From assembly GCA_000708835.1 (NCBI GenBank), contig DF236973.1, positions 170,699 to 234,698 of the forward strand: a DNA stretch of 64,000 nucleotides. The letters run 5' to 3'. The notes under the pieces are model-generated. The model saw nothing but the letters and a program-made list of their open reading frames with translations, searched no databases and was not told the origin of the DNA. This DNA comes from Klebsormidium nitens (Eukaryota; Plantae; Klebsormidiophyceae). Every line of letters begins with the position of its first letter. Within the stretch, counting starts at the first letter, position 1. This document shows positions 1-13,444 of the stretch, in pieces. The translations under genes were made by a program, and so were the position numbers.

Positions 1-578
1 GGTGGGAGAGTAAGAACGGCAAGTAGGAGGCCACGTGCCGGGACGGCACATTCGGTTAGGGGGGAGGTATCAGACAAAATTACATGTCAGTCTCTTAGTG
101 ACATACAGTCGTTGCGTTCTTTAGAGAATCCGTTTTGCTTGCATTGCTACGGTCGTACGAGGCTGCATGGCAGCGACGCCTAGCGGCACGACAATCGTCA
201 TGCATGAGGCCCGCGGCAAATACCAAGAATAAGCAGATGGCGGTGCGCATGCTGCGGGCAGTATTTCAGATTACTCAAAGTAAGGGCTATGACCACTAGT
301 CAGACTCTGTGAACACTCCTGCCCAAGCGTAATCTGGTCAGCACATGAGCACTGGTGTATGGCAGCATTCCGTATGCAGTAGATATAGACAGCCAAGCTG
401 TCCAAACGTTGTCTTTTGAGACAAGGGGATGAGTTAAGGAGTGAAGGAAACGAGTGAGCAGGCATACTGTTATGGAAGAACAAGAAGCCGCAGATGGAAT
501 CCATGATGTGAAAGCTGCAACACGCAGGTTTACTTATGATGGATAATGAAAGGAACCAAAAGTTGACAAAAGCTGTCC

Positions 579-1499
579 TTATGTAGAAATCGGACCGTGC
601 TTGATTGGACTCTGCAGAACAACAAACCAGAGTCAATGAACGACATTCAGAGGAAGCGAAAGCAGCACCAAAAACCAAGCAAAACTCAACACACACACGC
701 ATTAATGGGCGGCCTTCCTGCCTTGACGAAGGCTTCTTGCCGCCCGCACAACAACGGCACACATTTGAGCGCATAGTGAAGTGCATGACGCCTTGCAGGA
801 GCTTGCAACTCACCTCTACGTGTGCTTCTTCAAGTACCCGTCTATCCCGTTCAGCGAGTGCGTAATCAAATGCGTCCTGCATCACCGGCTTGGGCTGCAA
901 ACAAGGATGTCGTTTCAGAATCTTCTCAGACGAGTCTGCCGCAGTATGGGGGTAAGCGTGATCTTATCCAACTAAATGGGGCAGCTGTTTCAGACTTCAG
1001 ATTGGCCCAATCAAAGCTTAGTTAAATTGAGTGTGCAAAATCAACAGCAATCATACACAGGATTGCTTGCAGGCCCCTCTTTCACTTGGTGGCACATTGA
1101 GCACGATCGATGTACAACCACGTCACACTCTCAGTGTATTCTCTGCAATGCCCCACACCAGACTCCATCAGAGCAGTCTCTGTCAGATCAAGGAAGCATC
1201 TGGATGGCAGCCGCTCTGCAGAGTGCCATTTCTTCCCCTTCTAGCCGCTGATATCTGACATACGCAAAGTCTGTGGCATCAAGTGCTCCCGTCCTCCTCT
1301 TGTCGACTTCAATCTCCTTTCACATGACTCTTACCCCAAAAAGTGTACAACAAGCAACTTCTACAAGCTGCGTAATCCGGCCAGCATCCAGGATGCTCAC
1401 CTTTCCATACACTGTCTTGTGAAGAAACGACGGGATGGCCCCCATAAGCGCCAGCATGGTGCCCATGATAATAAAGGGTGGCAGCGACTCATAAGGCAT
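579..1499 (-). CDS. NDUFA1: NADH:ubiquinone oxidoreductase subunit NDUFA1/MWFE-like (70 aa, 3 exons)
   Basis: Exons 1499-1401 (MPYESLPPFIIMGTMLALMGAIPSFLHKTVYGK), 894-814 (PKPVMQDAFDYALAERDRRVLEEAHVE) and 611-579 (SPIKHGPIST*), all joined by GT-AG phase-0 introns. An N-terminal TM helix followed by H-x-x-x-x-G-K-P-K and D-x-A-x-x-x-R-D matches the plant NDUFA1 pattern. The last exon is the least certain. Confidence 0.8.
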
Positions 1500-2007
1500 G
1501 GTTCCCGAGCTCAAGCAAACCGCCGACGAATGCTAGATCCTGCACTGAGCGCGGATCCTGGGCGAGCAACGCTCCGGCGAGCTAAGCCTATTTCGAATCC
1601 TATGCAGCACGCCCGTCAAGGACGCCCTTTTAGAGCTTTGTCCAGCCACGATGGCCTTGCTCATTGACATGAAGCCCAGGGTCTGCTCTGGCCCTCTCCG
1701 GGTCTCAGCTTTGTGGGCCTCGGGTTACATCTTAAACCCTCATAAGTTGCAGATAGGAGAAATGGTACTTGCCAGCGCGCATAGGTATAACTAAGTAGTA
1801 CAAGGTTTGAGAAGAAGCCGCTTTCTATTGCCCAGTATGTCGATGGTTAGTGCTAACCATGACCAGCTCTTCCTTCCAAGCAGAGATCCGGCCAGACAAG
1901 ACACCGTTGACAGACCCTGCACAGTTCTTTCACCTGAAGTTCATTCACTGCACAGCAGCTCTCTTTTAAAGCCCTTTGCTGTGGGCATCCATCTAAGGGC
2001 TAGCAAA

Positions 2008-5000
2008 ATGGGCGACTCTCAGGTGAGTAAGCTCTTGGCTTTCATCGATGAAGAAGCGAGGCACCAATTCAGCGCAGTGCTCTGAGAATCGAAGCATATG
2101 AAGCTTTGAAGGAAGTCAATGTATGCGCTGCTCAAAGCTAGAGAGTTTCTTAATCCTGTGTAATCACATGTAAGAAGCATTTAATCACATGTAAAAAGCA
2201 TCTAGAGACTTGCCATCATTTCGAGGAAGGTCAATTGCATCAGCTGCAAACAATTGATTGCCAAGCCAAGTCCAACTGGTAATTTCAAGCACAAACACTC
2301 ACATACAGAAGCCAATGCTTCAAGCTCCAACTAAGTTGCAGTTGCCTAGTAGAATTTGATGTTGTCAACCTGCAGGAGACCTTGCTCGAGTTTCGCGCCG
2401 GGAAAATGAAGATGGAAGGATCCACAGTGAGGCCTGATACAAGAAAGGGGGTGGTGCGAATCACAAGGGTATGTTGGGCGCATGCAGGGAATTGTGTTTA
2501 CACCTGATAATGCTCCTCTGACTTTCTTTGCAAGGTTAATGTGATCCTCAAAGTCCGTTTCTCCAAGTTCATTCCTCCTCAAATGTGCGAATACTTCTTA
2601 CCACCACACTTATCTTCCAGCCTTCAGCAAGTCAAGTCAGATATGATTCCATTCTGCAGTTCTGGGATGGCAGCTCATTATGTCACACCAAGGACTGTGC
2701 ATTCCCCATCTTGACACGCTGAGCAGCTGGGTACAGGACTTATTCTCTTTGTCTTAGCTCGTCTTCAAGAAAGGCACTCTGTTGACAGATGTTGCTGATG
2801 AACCAGGAACTCTACGAAATCTTGAAATAGTTAAGGGGCTGGAAATTTCATGACCTGAAGGCCGGTCCTCGCAACAGCCTCACAATCCTGATATTGAAGC
2901 AAGGCGCCCTTGCTGACAAATTTGCAGATTGGCTGGTCAGTCTACTGATATCATATTCCTGAATGGATGCAGAGCGACGATGGCCTTCGGCATGTGAGCT
3001 GGGCCGACAGGACAAGTAATGTCATTGAAGAGGTACAGGAAGACCGGCAGCTTTGGTCCCCCCTCCATTGGAATTCTGAGCACTCAGTTCTGATGTCTGG
3101 ACACTAATCCTTTGAAGCACCACTTTCTTTAGGACGACTTCTGAGATTTAGTCTGTTCAAGGATAGGGCTTGGCAGAAAAGGCGCCTTTTAAGCAAGGTC
3201 TTGAAGATTGTTCTTCATTTTGAATGATAAGATGCTTGGAAGCATTCTTTCGCAGCATAGGAAGCAGCGAGTTTGAAGAGAGGGGTAAACGCAGTGTTCA
3301 CAATGGCCCGTGCGGCGCAGCCCACTCAACAAGCCTTCGATCCATCATTTTGCAATGACTATCTAAGCAGATTTTACTTACAGACCATGTTAAAACCAGT
3401 TTAAGAATGACGACTTGGCCAAGCTTGTCGGCAGAGAATTATAGACGATATGGAAGTCCAGTGTGAATTTTGGAAGTTCAAAAATGGACCCATGCTATGG
3501 TTTATGTCTGTACAACCTTGCCAGTGTGCTTCTGTGCAGGATCTGATTGTGTTCCCAGAGGAGTCTGTGTTTGAGAAGGTGCCGCAAAGCTCAGGCCGAG
3601 TCTTCATCCTCAAGTTCAAGCACGACAACAGGAAGCTCATCTTCTGGATGCAGGTTTGGCTCTACCCCCTCTCATAACAGCTGTTGCATCTGACTGATCT
3701 ATCATTGAGTCACGCCACACTTGCTTTTGGTCCTGCAAGATCTTCGTGCTTTTAAGGAGGCTGGATTGAAAGCAAAGGTGCATCAATAGAGTCAGCTGTC
3801 TCCAAGTTCTGAACATTTTGGGAAGGCCTGTTCAGGGGCAGTATTGAAAACCTGAGACGATGCGTGACTGTTAGCCCCAATGGTGATCCTCAGGAGCCAA
3901 AGGCAGACAAGGACGATCAGATCGTGGCAGACGTGAACCGTATCTTGAACCACGCCGAAGGTGAGATACTTGCTGCCTTTGATTCCCGCCGGAAGTGAGA
4001 TACTTGCTGCAAAATACCTGGTCCAACCCGAAATCAGCTTAGAAAACGGTTCCGCACAAGGGTGGATAGCACGAAATGGGCTTTCTTTCTTCGACGCCAA
4101 AGCTCTGAGCTAGACTCCCTTGAGGGTTCGATTGGATTCTGGCTAGCTATTGGTTGCAAGCCCTCCTCGCCGGAACTGGAAATAGTGAACACCTTTAACA
4201 TTGACGAGCGGTCCTTGCTCTCCATGTAGATGACTCAGATGCAGAAGTGAGTGCCCCAGGACAATTTGAGGAGCTTTCAGGAGCCTTTCGAGCATCCGAG
4301 GAGCTAGGGGCGGAGGTATCAAGCGGAGTGTAAGTGCTCTCTGATCGCCAGAACCTCTGCAAATTTCACACCCTTCATATTTTAGAATGTGAAGCTCGAA
4401 AGTTCTTGACGACAGGTGTGCAAGTTACAGGTCTTTCCTTTAGCTACGATTGACAGAAACATACAAAAAGTTGAAAGGAGAGGATCTTCGCAGACATGTA
4501 ACTTTTCTCCTTTGCCAAAAATCTGTCGAGGGTTGACATCTGCGATTGTGATTGACCCTCCCATCAAACAGCATCAAACAGCCTTTGAAATGAAGGTGAA
4601 CGAATCAGCAGCTGCAAATGACAACGCCTCATCTCTTTCCGTTCAAAGTGGTTAAAGTATTTTTGTGGTCAGACGCCTTTGAACGACATCAAAGATCTCG
4701 ACTCTACTTTTCTCGCCTCCAGCGGGTCGAGCGGCGTCGAAGCCTCCGGTACTGGCCGCCCCGTGTCGCCAGCTGGCGCCCCGGGAGAGGGCATTCACAC
4801 CGGGGGGGCGGTGAAGCTTTCCGATCTGCAGAGCATCCTCAGCGGTCTGGGCAGCCTGCCAGTGCCGCCAGGGGCCCGCCACGAACGAGATACGGGTGAG
4901 CAGCGTGAATAATCTCGATTAATTTTGGCTGAATCCTGGCAGTGGAGAGTTCGTGGGATCTAGCGACGCGCTTTATAGGTTTGGTTGAGACAAGGAGAAG

Positions 5001-7067
5001 CCTTGGAGACCAGGGGTTTTCGCTTCAAGGGCTGCTCACTGTCTGTTTTGATAAGAAGTACTGGGTAAAGGCTGGAAGTCAATGGCTGCCAGCTCGATGT
5101 GTATGTACCCGCAGTATCAAACCTCAAGTTTCCCGGCAAAAGTTGCCCCAAAACCCCGACACTAAAGGAAGAGGATGTTTTCGCGACTGCTTAGAGCACT
5201 GAATCTGGAATTCATAAATTGCGTTTCATAATCACTTAGAACCCTCAAAACGGATCTCGAATAAGCTTATTATCATCTGAAGCTGACTTGGCCGTTATAT
5301 CTCCGAAGGGCCCACCCTTTTAGACGTCCTGCGGCCAGAGCGCATCCTCCCCCTGCTGAACAACCCCACGATCCAGGAGCGCCTGGCACCTCACTTACCA
5401 GAGGTGAGAACCAAAGCCTTCGCCGCTTCAGACTCTTTCAGAAAGGACGGCACCTGGGCGAACGGCATCTGGTTTCCGTTTTGTGCACTGCTCAAGCAAT
5501 GCGTCGTTGTTGTGAGTGTGGGGCAACAATTTGCTCCTGCTTTGGTCCTGCACTTCAAGGTCAGTTGTTTTCCAGAGGTGGGGAGGAGGTCCTTGTATGT
5601 TGTCAAATCGCTGAGAGTTGGATGGCGGCTTGGTTAAACTTGCGATTGCGCTGCTCGAGCACTCGTCGTTATTCTGTGGGCACCGCAGCTCCTCCTTTGG
5701 TCCTACACTTTGGATATTTCAATCTCGGCCGTTGTGGGCGGGTACACGTTTTCCGACGTTTCTGCGGTTGCTTGTTGCTTGCTTCCAATGGTCGGACTCT
5801 GATGACATCCGTCGTGATGTCTTCGTTGTTGGCACTCGCGCATTTCTGCTACCAATGCCCCCCCGTCATCTCTGGCGTCCACTTCACTTGATCTCTGTTT
5901 TCCATGTTTTCAGACCACCCAAATGAAGGAAAAAGAAAAGGGGAAAAACATGTTCGAATCACTTCCTTGCAGAGCTTGCGGACGCCTCAAGAGATGCGCG
6001 AGCTCGTCCAGAGTCCCCAGTTTCAGCAGCAAGTCGAGACCTTCAGTTCGGTGCGCTTCTTCCCGACTTTCTCCCTTCCGAATCCCGTTCTTCCGGCTTT
6101 CTTCCGTTAGAAAGCCCTCCTCATTGCTGAGGCGTCCTTTTTCCTGAACAAACCTCTTCGGGCGGGAAGGTGTCTAGATCTGGTTAGCAGTCAAGCCAGG
6201 GCCGTTGTAGTCCTCTCATTACCGTTTCTGATGGTCTCCCCCTCCCTTTCGTGTCTCACAAAGATCCCGACCTAAGACCTAGAACTCGAGATGGGCACGA
6301 GCTGCGTTTTGATACCGCTCGCAACTACTTTAAGCTGTGCATAAGAACGAGGGTTGACGAGCAGATCAGTCGGACGTAATGGTTTGGCATGCAATCTGGG
6401 CTCTTCCTGCTTCGCCTGCCTGCAGCAAAAAGAGCGAAGCAGATGGAAGGATGGTGCGACAATACTCATAGTGACTTCCCGGTTCGTAGTGCCTGCGACG
6501 CGAGCTTATTGGTGTCCCCTTTCGCCATTTACAGGCCCTCCAAAGCGGTCAGATGGACCTGTCGCAGTTCGGAATAGACCCCTCCAAATGTGAGCCACCT
6601 GCCTGTTTGTAATCTGCAATCTGGGGTTGGAGCCCCAGATTTGCGATGCAGTCGGGCTGATTCTAAATCTCTGCGGTGCCTCCCTTACACCGTCCCGCTC
6701 TCAATAGACCGCCACAGAGGCCCTCGAAAGAGTCGACTCAGTTCTCAGTCATGCCTCTTTTCTAAGAGCAAGGATGTAGACCCAAAAACCTCGGCAGCCT
6801 TTCGTGCAGACGATGCCCGTCCTGTTTGAGCGATGTGACTGTAGAGCAATCTGGTCCACGCCTTTACACTTGCGACCTGTCGACGTTGATGTTTCTGCAG
6901 ATGGCTACAGCGTCACGGCGTTCCTGCAAGCAATTGAAGACCAGGCAAAAGACGTGCAAAGCAAAGAGGCAGGGACGTCGAGTAGTGGCACTGCCAAGGC
7001 GGGGGACGAGTCGGAATCCAGTCGGAGGGATAAAGATAAGAAACCCGACAAGATGGACGAGAGTTGA
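2008..7067 (+). CDS. RPN13: 26S proteasome ubiquitin receptor RPN13/ADRM1 (Pru domain plus C-terminal UCH-binding domain), about 11 exons
   Basis: Phase-consistent GT-AG exons. 2008-2022 MGDSQ; ~2378-2469 [31 protein letters not shown]; ~2972-3031 [20 protein letters not shown]; ~3540-3653 [14 protein letters not shown]...[19 protein letters not shown]; ~3894-3960 EPKADKDD; ~4230-4329; ~4721-4894 [14 protein letters not shown]; ~5321-5403 [12 protein letters not shown]; ~5972-6049 [13 protein letters not shown]; ~6535-6589 [18 protein letters not shown]; ~6901-7067 [13 protein letters not shown]...KMDES*. Matches plant RPN13 motifs. Confidence 0.95.
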
Positions 7068-8253
7068 CTCTGCTGATAAGGTTCAGTTCAATTCCAGCAA
7101 TTTCCAGCCCCTTGAGGCTCTTCAACTTGCTTCGGCATGGCGGCCCCTGTTGAATTCAAGCTGACCTGGTTTATATGAACCCGCATCCAGCTACAAGCTG
7201 TTGCACTTTTATCACGGTTGCTCCAATCCGAATGCGCCGTGCTCGTAGTCCCCATTGCCGGCCTTCAACACCGATAGCTGACAGCGCGTATATGCATTTG
7301 ACGGCAGCGCTCTGGTCAAGGAAATGTCAATGCATGATCGTAGGCCGTGGCTCATGCACCGTTGTCGTCGATTCAACCAAGCAGAGGCAATCGACCATCT
7401 GAGTCTTTCTCTTACGGACCCTCGTTGAGTTTCGACAAGCGATAGTTCCACAGGTACGTTGTATTGCACATTTTATCTGAGCAGAGATTGTTTTTAGCCT
7501 GGCCGGCCGGACTCGAAAAAAAGACGTACAATCATCATGTGCAGAAAGGTAAATGGAAGATGACTAATTATCGCTGACCGACTTATTATTTATTGCTGAC
7601 CGAGCTGCCCGGGCCGGCCATGGGCCCGCGCGCCATTGCTGGCAAGTCAATTGAATCTGACTGGCCCTCAGCTGGGCTGCGCTTTCATACTGACAACCCT
7701 ATATAGAGACCGCATTCGCGGTCGTAATGATTACTGCCGACGTGCATGATAACTTGGGTACCAGCCCCTTAATTGGGTGGTAAGTAAAACGCAAGGCCCG
7801 TCTAGAAAGGAAGCTCGCTCGATTTCGGCAAGCAGAGTGCAAAGGCAAACGACGCACTATATGCCGTTGAATGCATCGATCGAAATTAAGGATTTAGGCG
7901 GTTGAGTGCCTGCTTGGAACGGCCGCAATAGGGGAGTACGTCTTGCAATTTCAACGAGATTCGGCAAGTAACCAACCAACTAATATCTACACAGTCCCAG
8001 GGCTTGCGTGTGACAGCAGTACAAAGTTCGTACACAAGTCAGGTTCTGACTAATCTTGACGTCGCCAGTCAAGGCTGGCTTGAGGACAAGATTTCTAAGC
8101 ACTCGTTTTTGGAAGATGCCATCTGACCGTATCATCAACTTTCGACAGCCGATCTGTACAAAGAGAAACTCAATCAGACTCTGTTTTAAGCTAGCTTCTT
8201 TTCTCATTCTTACTATTGAAAACCTGCTCGTTGCACAGCTAAAATCTGGCGGC

Positions 8254-9542
8254 TCAATGCATCGTAGAGGACGGACTTTGTCCGTCCGCCGCAAAGCACG
8301 TCACCCGACTCGGCACGTCCGCCAGAACCCTCCACTCCGCTCCGGATGCTTTCTCCGCAAACAGAACCTTCCCCGTCTCCGTCCCAATCAGCACACCCTC
8401 CTTCACAAAGTACGGCACCGGAGTCTGATCCCCTTTCTCGTTCGCCAGCTCCCCTCGAAATACTTTGTCGGTAATCTCTTCCCAAATCTTCCCCCCGTCT
8501 GCGGTGTGGTACAAATCCACACCATGGAACGGGGGATCATCCGCCGCCGCAACGATGATCTCTCCCCGCCGGAACGGGTTGAATGCAATTCCGGTTAAGT
8601 ACCACTGCTTGGAAAGCGTCTCGACGCGGCGCCAATTTTGGCCGCAATCCTCGCTCGCCCACAAACCCCCGGGGATCTTACTCAGCGCTTCCAGCGGCGG
8701 GCCCCCCCCGCAAACCGCCCACCAATGATTCGGCTCAAACGGGTCCGCCCGGCAGCGGTGCACGTCCGGGCACATTTGCCCCCACCCTAGTTCCTTCCAG
8801 CTGGCCCCTCTATCCTCTGAGACGGCGATCCCCCCGACTTCCACCCCCGCAATCACGTACTCTTTCCCACCCCCCTTTGAGAACTCGATGCTCAAAGTGT
8901 GGGGTTCGTGGGGGGGACCGGGAAAGGTCCACTTGTCTCGGGTGGAAAGCGACTTGAACGCACCCCCATTCCAAGACTCCCCAAAATCGTCGCTGAACAA
9001 CACATCAGCCGGCTCGTTACCCACGAAAAACCTCGGGCTGCCCCCGCCGGAAGCTGGCGCGATGTTGCAAGTGCGCGCGTCGCCCTTCCAGATCTGAATC
9101 GCATCGAGATCACATTAGTTCATAGTAAGCTTAGTGTAATAGTGAAGGGAACGGGTGGGGTTAGTTAGGGGGTTAAGGGGGGTATGGTTCCGGAGGGCGT
9201 GAGCCTTTGGGTTGGACGTCAATTGAATCTGAAAAGCTCGCAACTCAACAATGGGCTTTCTAGTCAATGGATCGAAAGAATCACCTGTATCGCGGGTTTC
9301 TGCGGCGCCGACAGGTCCAAATGCCACAGCCCCCCCTCGTCTTGCTGCTCTTCTTTCTTGACCCCGTAGTGCTTCTCGTGGATTGGCCCAAAGACGGGGC
9401 ACGCGGCGAGCAAGTGCTGCTCGCGTGCAGCCACGTGGGTGACGAACTGTTTCAGGAGTCCCAGGGGGGCCACGTGTCCGTCTGGCAAGCTCAGGGAGTG
9501 GACCCCCCTGCCGGTGCCCACAAAGACTCTTGAGCTGGCCAT
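8254..9542 (-). CDS. Asp-box/BNR-repeat beta-propeller protein (sialidase/VPS10-like fold), bacterial-type, about 365 aa, 2 exons
   Basis: Exon 1 is 9542-9285 (MASSRVFVGTGRGV...QKPAIQ), exon 2 is 9093-8254 (IWKGDART...). Four Asp-boxes: FSDDFGESW, VSEDRGASW, ASEDCGQNW, HTADGGKIW. Also G-x-EPA, WTFPGPPHEPH, GVEVGG and PDVH motifs. No evident signal peptide. Confidence 0.8.
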
Positions 9543-10231
9543 GGAAGCTGAGTAGAAAAACAAAGGAAGAAAATACAATCTGCTGTGCCAATCAGCTCCG
9601 TCTTTTGACTTTGAGACGTGCAAGAAATCCTCGTCAAAGCAACCAGCAGCGATACCCGGGCTTCCCAGGAGAACCTTTGTAACGGCAGCCTGATTTTTCA
9701 GAAAGTTCACAAACAGCCAGAAGCGCGCGTTCAATTGAGAACTCAAGCGTCGTGCGTGAATGTAACCTTTGCGACGAGCGAACCCAGTGTGGTCAACCCA
9801 GTGTGGTCATCAGCTTTTCAGATGACTAAGTGATACTGCATGCAATCGGGGTGCCAGATTGCTGTTGGGTATCTTATGCTGAAGCTAGCGTCTGCATGCG
9901 TTCCCGTAGAAGTCGCTCACGTCTCTGCATACCGCGCCAGATAAACCAGCGTCTCCAAGTCTACCTTCAGGAACGGTTGGACTTCATCAGCTCGATCATT
10001 GCTTTTCGGAAGCAGAAATGTCTTCAGCATCAATGTCAGTGACAGTCAGAGCTACTACGTGCCATAGGCTCACAGCTAGATTATATTAGGCAGAACTGTC
10101 GCATGCATCTTGGGAGGGTCATCCCCCTATAGAAACGTTTCTAGGGAAGTTGCATGTGAATGGGCTTGAGCTAAGCTCTGGATCCGACAGCATCCAGCTC
10201 AAGCTCATGATTGCTTTGGCTACCTGCAGTG

Positions 10232-12070
10232 TGCACCCTCAAGATGCATGCATAATGCACAACTCCGAGTACAACCTGGCAGGCCTGCATGCAGGCTGGG
10301 GCGCTATTACGCTAAAATCCCAAACGCGGCTGTCGATTGGGCACGCTACCACATGCTCCACGTGGCCATGATCTCCGACTTTCTCGTGCGCAAAGTTGGG
10401 AAGGCGGCCGCGGAGCCCGCCGGAGCCCGCCCGCCGCTCGCCAGGCGAATTGCGCGATCCGCCGTCGTCCAGGTCGTCCCTTTGCCAGATCTACAGATTG
10501 ACTGATATGATGGAGTCTCGTACCAGAGTCCATGTTACGAACCTCCACATAGAAGAGGGACTCACCTTCTGGCTGAAGCACAGCTGAGCGCTCAATGGCT
10601 TCTATTCAGTATGATAACTTACGCGAAGCGCTAGCGTGAAGGACAGAAACGCAATATACCTTGTCCAATGTCAAGTACGGCAGATGGTTACGCAACCTTT
10701 TAGGGACTTGGAGATTGCTTCATGCAGATAACTAAGTTACAAGTCAGCCAAGACTCACTTGCGCTGGATCACGAACTAGTTGAAAGCGTAGACTATGGGT
10801 TCGAAACGAGCTGGCGAACAGCAGTTAAAAGGATTAGAGTACCTGACATCAGACAATATTCAAGACATTGCGAAGTCTGTGATTGATTCTGTGAAAGGGG
10901 AACAAGCGCGTACAACAAGACTGCGCACGACATGTACTACAATATCCGAGATTGAGTACAGGAGTAGCACAGAAATGGAGCTGGCTGTGGATACGAACAA
11001 GTTGACTCACAAAAGTTGCTTGAACGGCCTGATTGTTAAGCGCTTCTTCCAGCGTCACGGGTTCCAAGCTGTCGGATAGCATACTGTTGGCGCGGGGCGA
11101 CTCTTCGTCATCCCTTATACGAAGCACCCTGGAAAACGTGTGCTACTCTTAGCTCCCTTTTCTAGCCGTCAGCTTGCAACTGAAATGAGCTCATCGCGCC
11201 ATTTGCACTTAGATGACTGTTGGGAATCAAAAGAAAGGGGAAGAAGTTAGCTCAGCTTTGACTATGAAGCTTGCAGTGTACGTCGTTACGATGAGAACTC
11301 TGATCAACGGCGCGGCGCGCCCGCTGTATCGACATCGAAACACATGCAATTCCAGCTTGCCATTTTTGTCATGTGTCTCCTTCCGCCTCAAGTGCAGGGA
11401 GTTCCAAACCTCTCCGGATGCCAATCTGCAGGGCCACCAGGTGCGCAATCACCCAAACTTTGCGCTTGGTCTCGTATCTGGCTGCAGCTCTGTTACGGAA
11501 AGTCCCCATTGAGGAATGAGTACTCTTTTTGGCTCGATCCTGGTTTCAAGTTGGGACTCAGGAAGTTGGCATGGGTAATTTTTGTGGCGCAAGTCTTGAG
11601 CAGGGGCATTATTCAACCTCAGTCGTCTTTCCAGGACTCCGAGGCTCAGCGGGACTCAGTGGGGAGAAAATGAATCCAACGGCACATCTATTTGTAAGAG
11701 TTGAGCGCCTCGCCTCGACTGATTCACTGGTGATTGCATTGTCTGGCTCTTCGCTCAGGACTTGAAAGTCGAAACTTACCAGATTGAACCTGGTCTGATA
11801 ATACAGACTTCTCTCAATATCACGCTGTAACGTCCGTGCAAATGTTCAAGCTGGCCCCTTGGACCGAGCTTCACAATAGACCATTCTCGAAGCCCACCGT
11901 TGAGAGTCGACGAGTAACGATATCGATCAGCATCGGCTTTCGGTAGTTCGGTAGCTAACGCAACCGTCAAAATGGATTGCAACGGCTTTTGAAGTTCGAC
12001 TTTTTTTCGCCAAGCTTCAGTAAACGGCGTTTGTTTCGACGAAACTTTGGAAGCAGTTCAGAGGCCGAGG
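10232..12070 (-). other. Possible spliced gene or gene relic of unknown function
   Basis: Three open segments join with matching intron phases: ~12060-11780 (...LQSILTVALATELPKADADRYRY...CIIRPGSI-W, donor gtaag), ~11131-11008 (VLRIRDDEESPRANS...QATF, acceptor ttccag, donor gtgagt) and a GC-rich segment from ~10494 (IWQRDDLDDGG...). No start codon or family recognised. The + strand of 10290-10505 is also open, so strand is uncertain there. Confidence 0.3.
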
Positions 12071-13444
12071 GTGAGGAGGGCTCAACGCTGGCGAAATGCT
12101 TCCCGTCAGAGTCCTCGGCTTCTGCTCCTCTTGAACGTGGATGCAATGGGCGGCCTTCTGCTCAGTCCGATCCATGACCTTTTGAAAAGTGTTCGATCAA
12201 TTCGTCGACACCAAACGACCTCAAAAACTGACTGCCCGTCACCACACGCACCCGCACCCGCACATGCCGCAGACCCTCGCGTGTATGAATCTGCATTGAA
12301 CGAGCAGCCTCGTCGGGCATGAGTGACCTGCTTCAGACAGATCTGTCAACGAAAGTGAAGTGGCGGACGACGTGGCAGACCGCATACGCGCGGGTTACTA
12401 GGGCGCATTCGGATGCCTTACTATCAGCATACGTTATGTGCAAGCCACGCCCTCGGCTTAGATAGATTGGTTGGGAATCCGCAAGCGAGTTAAGAACATC
12501 CCTTTTTGCGAGACCGGACATGAGGCCGAAATGTGGCCATTCGGAGGCCCATGCAAAAGTGCTTGACTTCCCGTTGAGTCACAATGTTGTGGCTTGCAGG
12601 GCGGAAGACCATGATTGCCCAAGGTAGAACGGACGTCAACTCTGCGCGCGCTTACTGCGTCGCAATGTTCGAAAGTTCAAGATTACATTTAACGAATCTG
12701 CGCAAATTTCAAATGAGATTGTTGAACAGGAACATGACGTTTACATAACAGCATTACGGCCGCTAAGTACAGCAGTACAGCATACATAATCTGCTACTCC
12801 GCACATGGTCACGCTGTGCTCAACGAACCCTAGACATGATTTTTTTCTCATGGACAGAACAGACAATGTGAACATTAATGCATGGACGCCAGGCCCGCAG
12901 TAACTACCAGACATCCAAGAAAAGTTATGCCTACACTCTAACACGCGACTTTGCAATTTGAGCGCAGCACTAAATCCGTGATTGCAAAGAGCAACAAGTC
13001 GTTTGACAAGGAAGGCCTGACTGCACTAATGCGCAGCAAGAACTGTCCATTATTTGAAAACTTTGATTCACACACTACAATCCTCAGTTTTGCGCGCCTA
13101 TCTTTTTTATATATGGAAACCTATTGAAGCACGACTGCATAAAATGTAGCGTCTAGAGTACGAGGACCTTTAAGAAACGGAGCATCTATGTGGCAGACTC
13201 ACGCAATGACCTACCAATACCAAAATAGCGAAGCCTTTGCGGGTCTGGTATCAGGCCAAGCTATCGAAGCCTGGCTAATAAATGCCACGTTTATGTCATC
13301 TGCAGAAACATCAGCCCTCGCCTACCTGACACATTCCAAACACCCCATCGTCTTTCCAATCCCCCAACCTTTGTGAACCAACCCCTGCCACGTGTACACC
13401 ATTGCCTCCTACAAGACTGATCCAAGCAGGATAGAGCGAACAGC

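Noticed and set aside
271-900. 209-aa ORF
   Set aside because: Only its first ~29 codons are a real NDUFA1 exon; the remainder reads through intron and 3' sequence.
7500-7620. Possible mini-MITE bounded by TGGCCGGCC / GGCCGGCCA
   Set aside because: Only 9 bp of GC-rich, self-palindromic match and no target-site duplication; could be chance.
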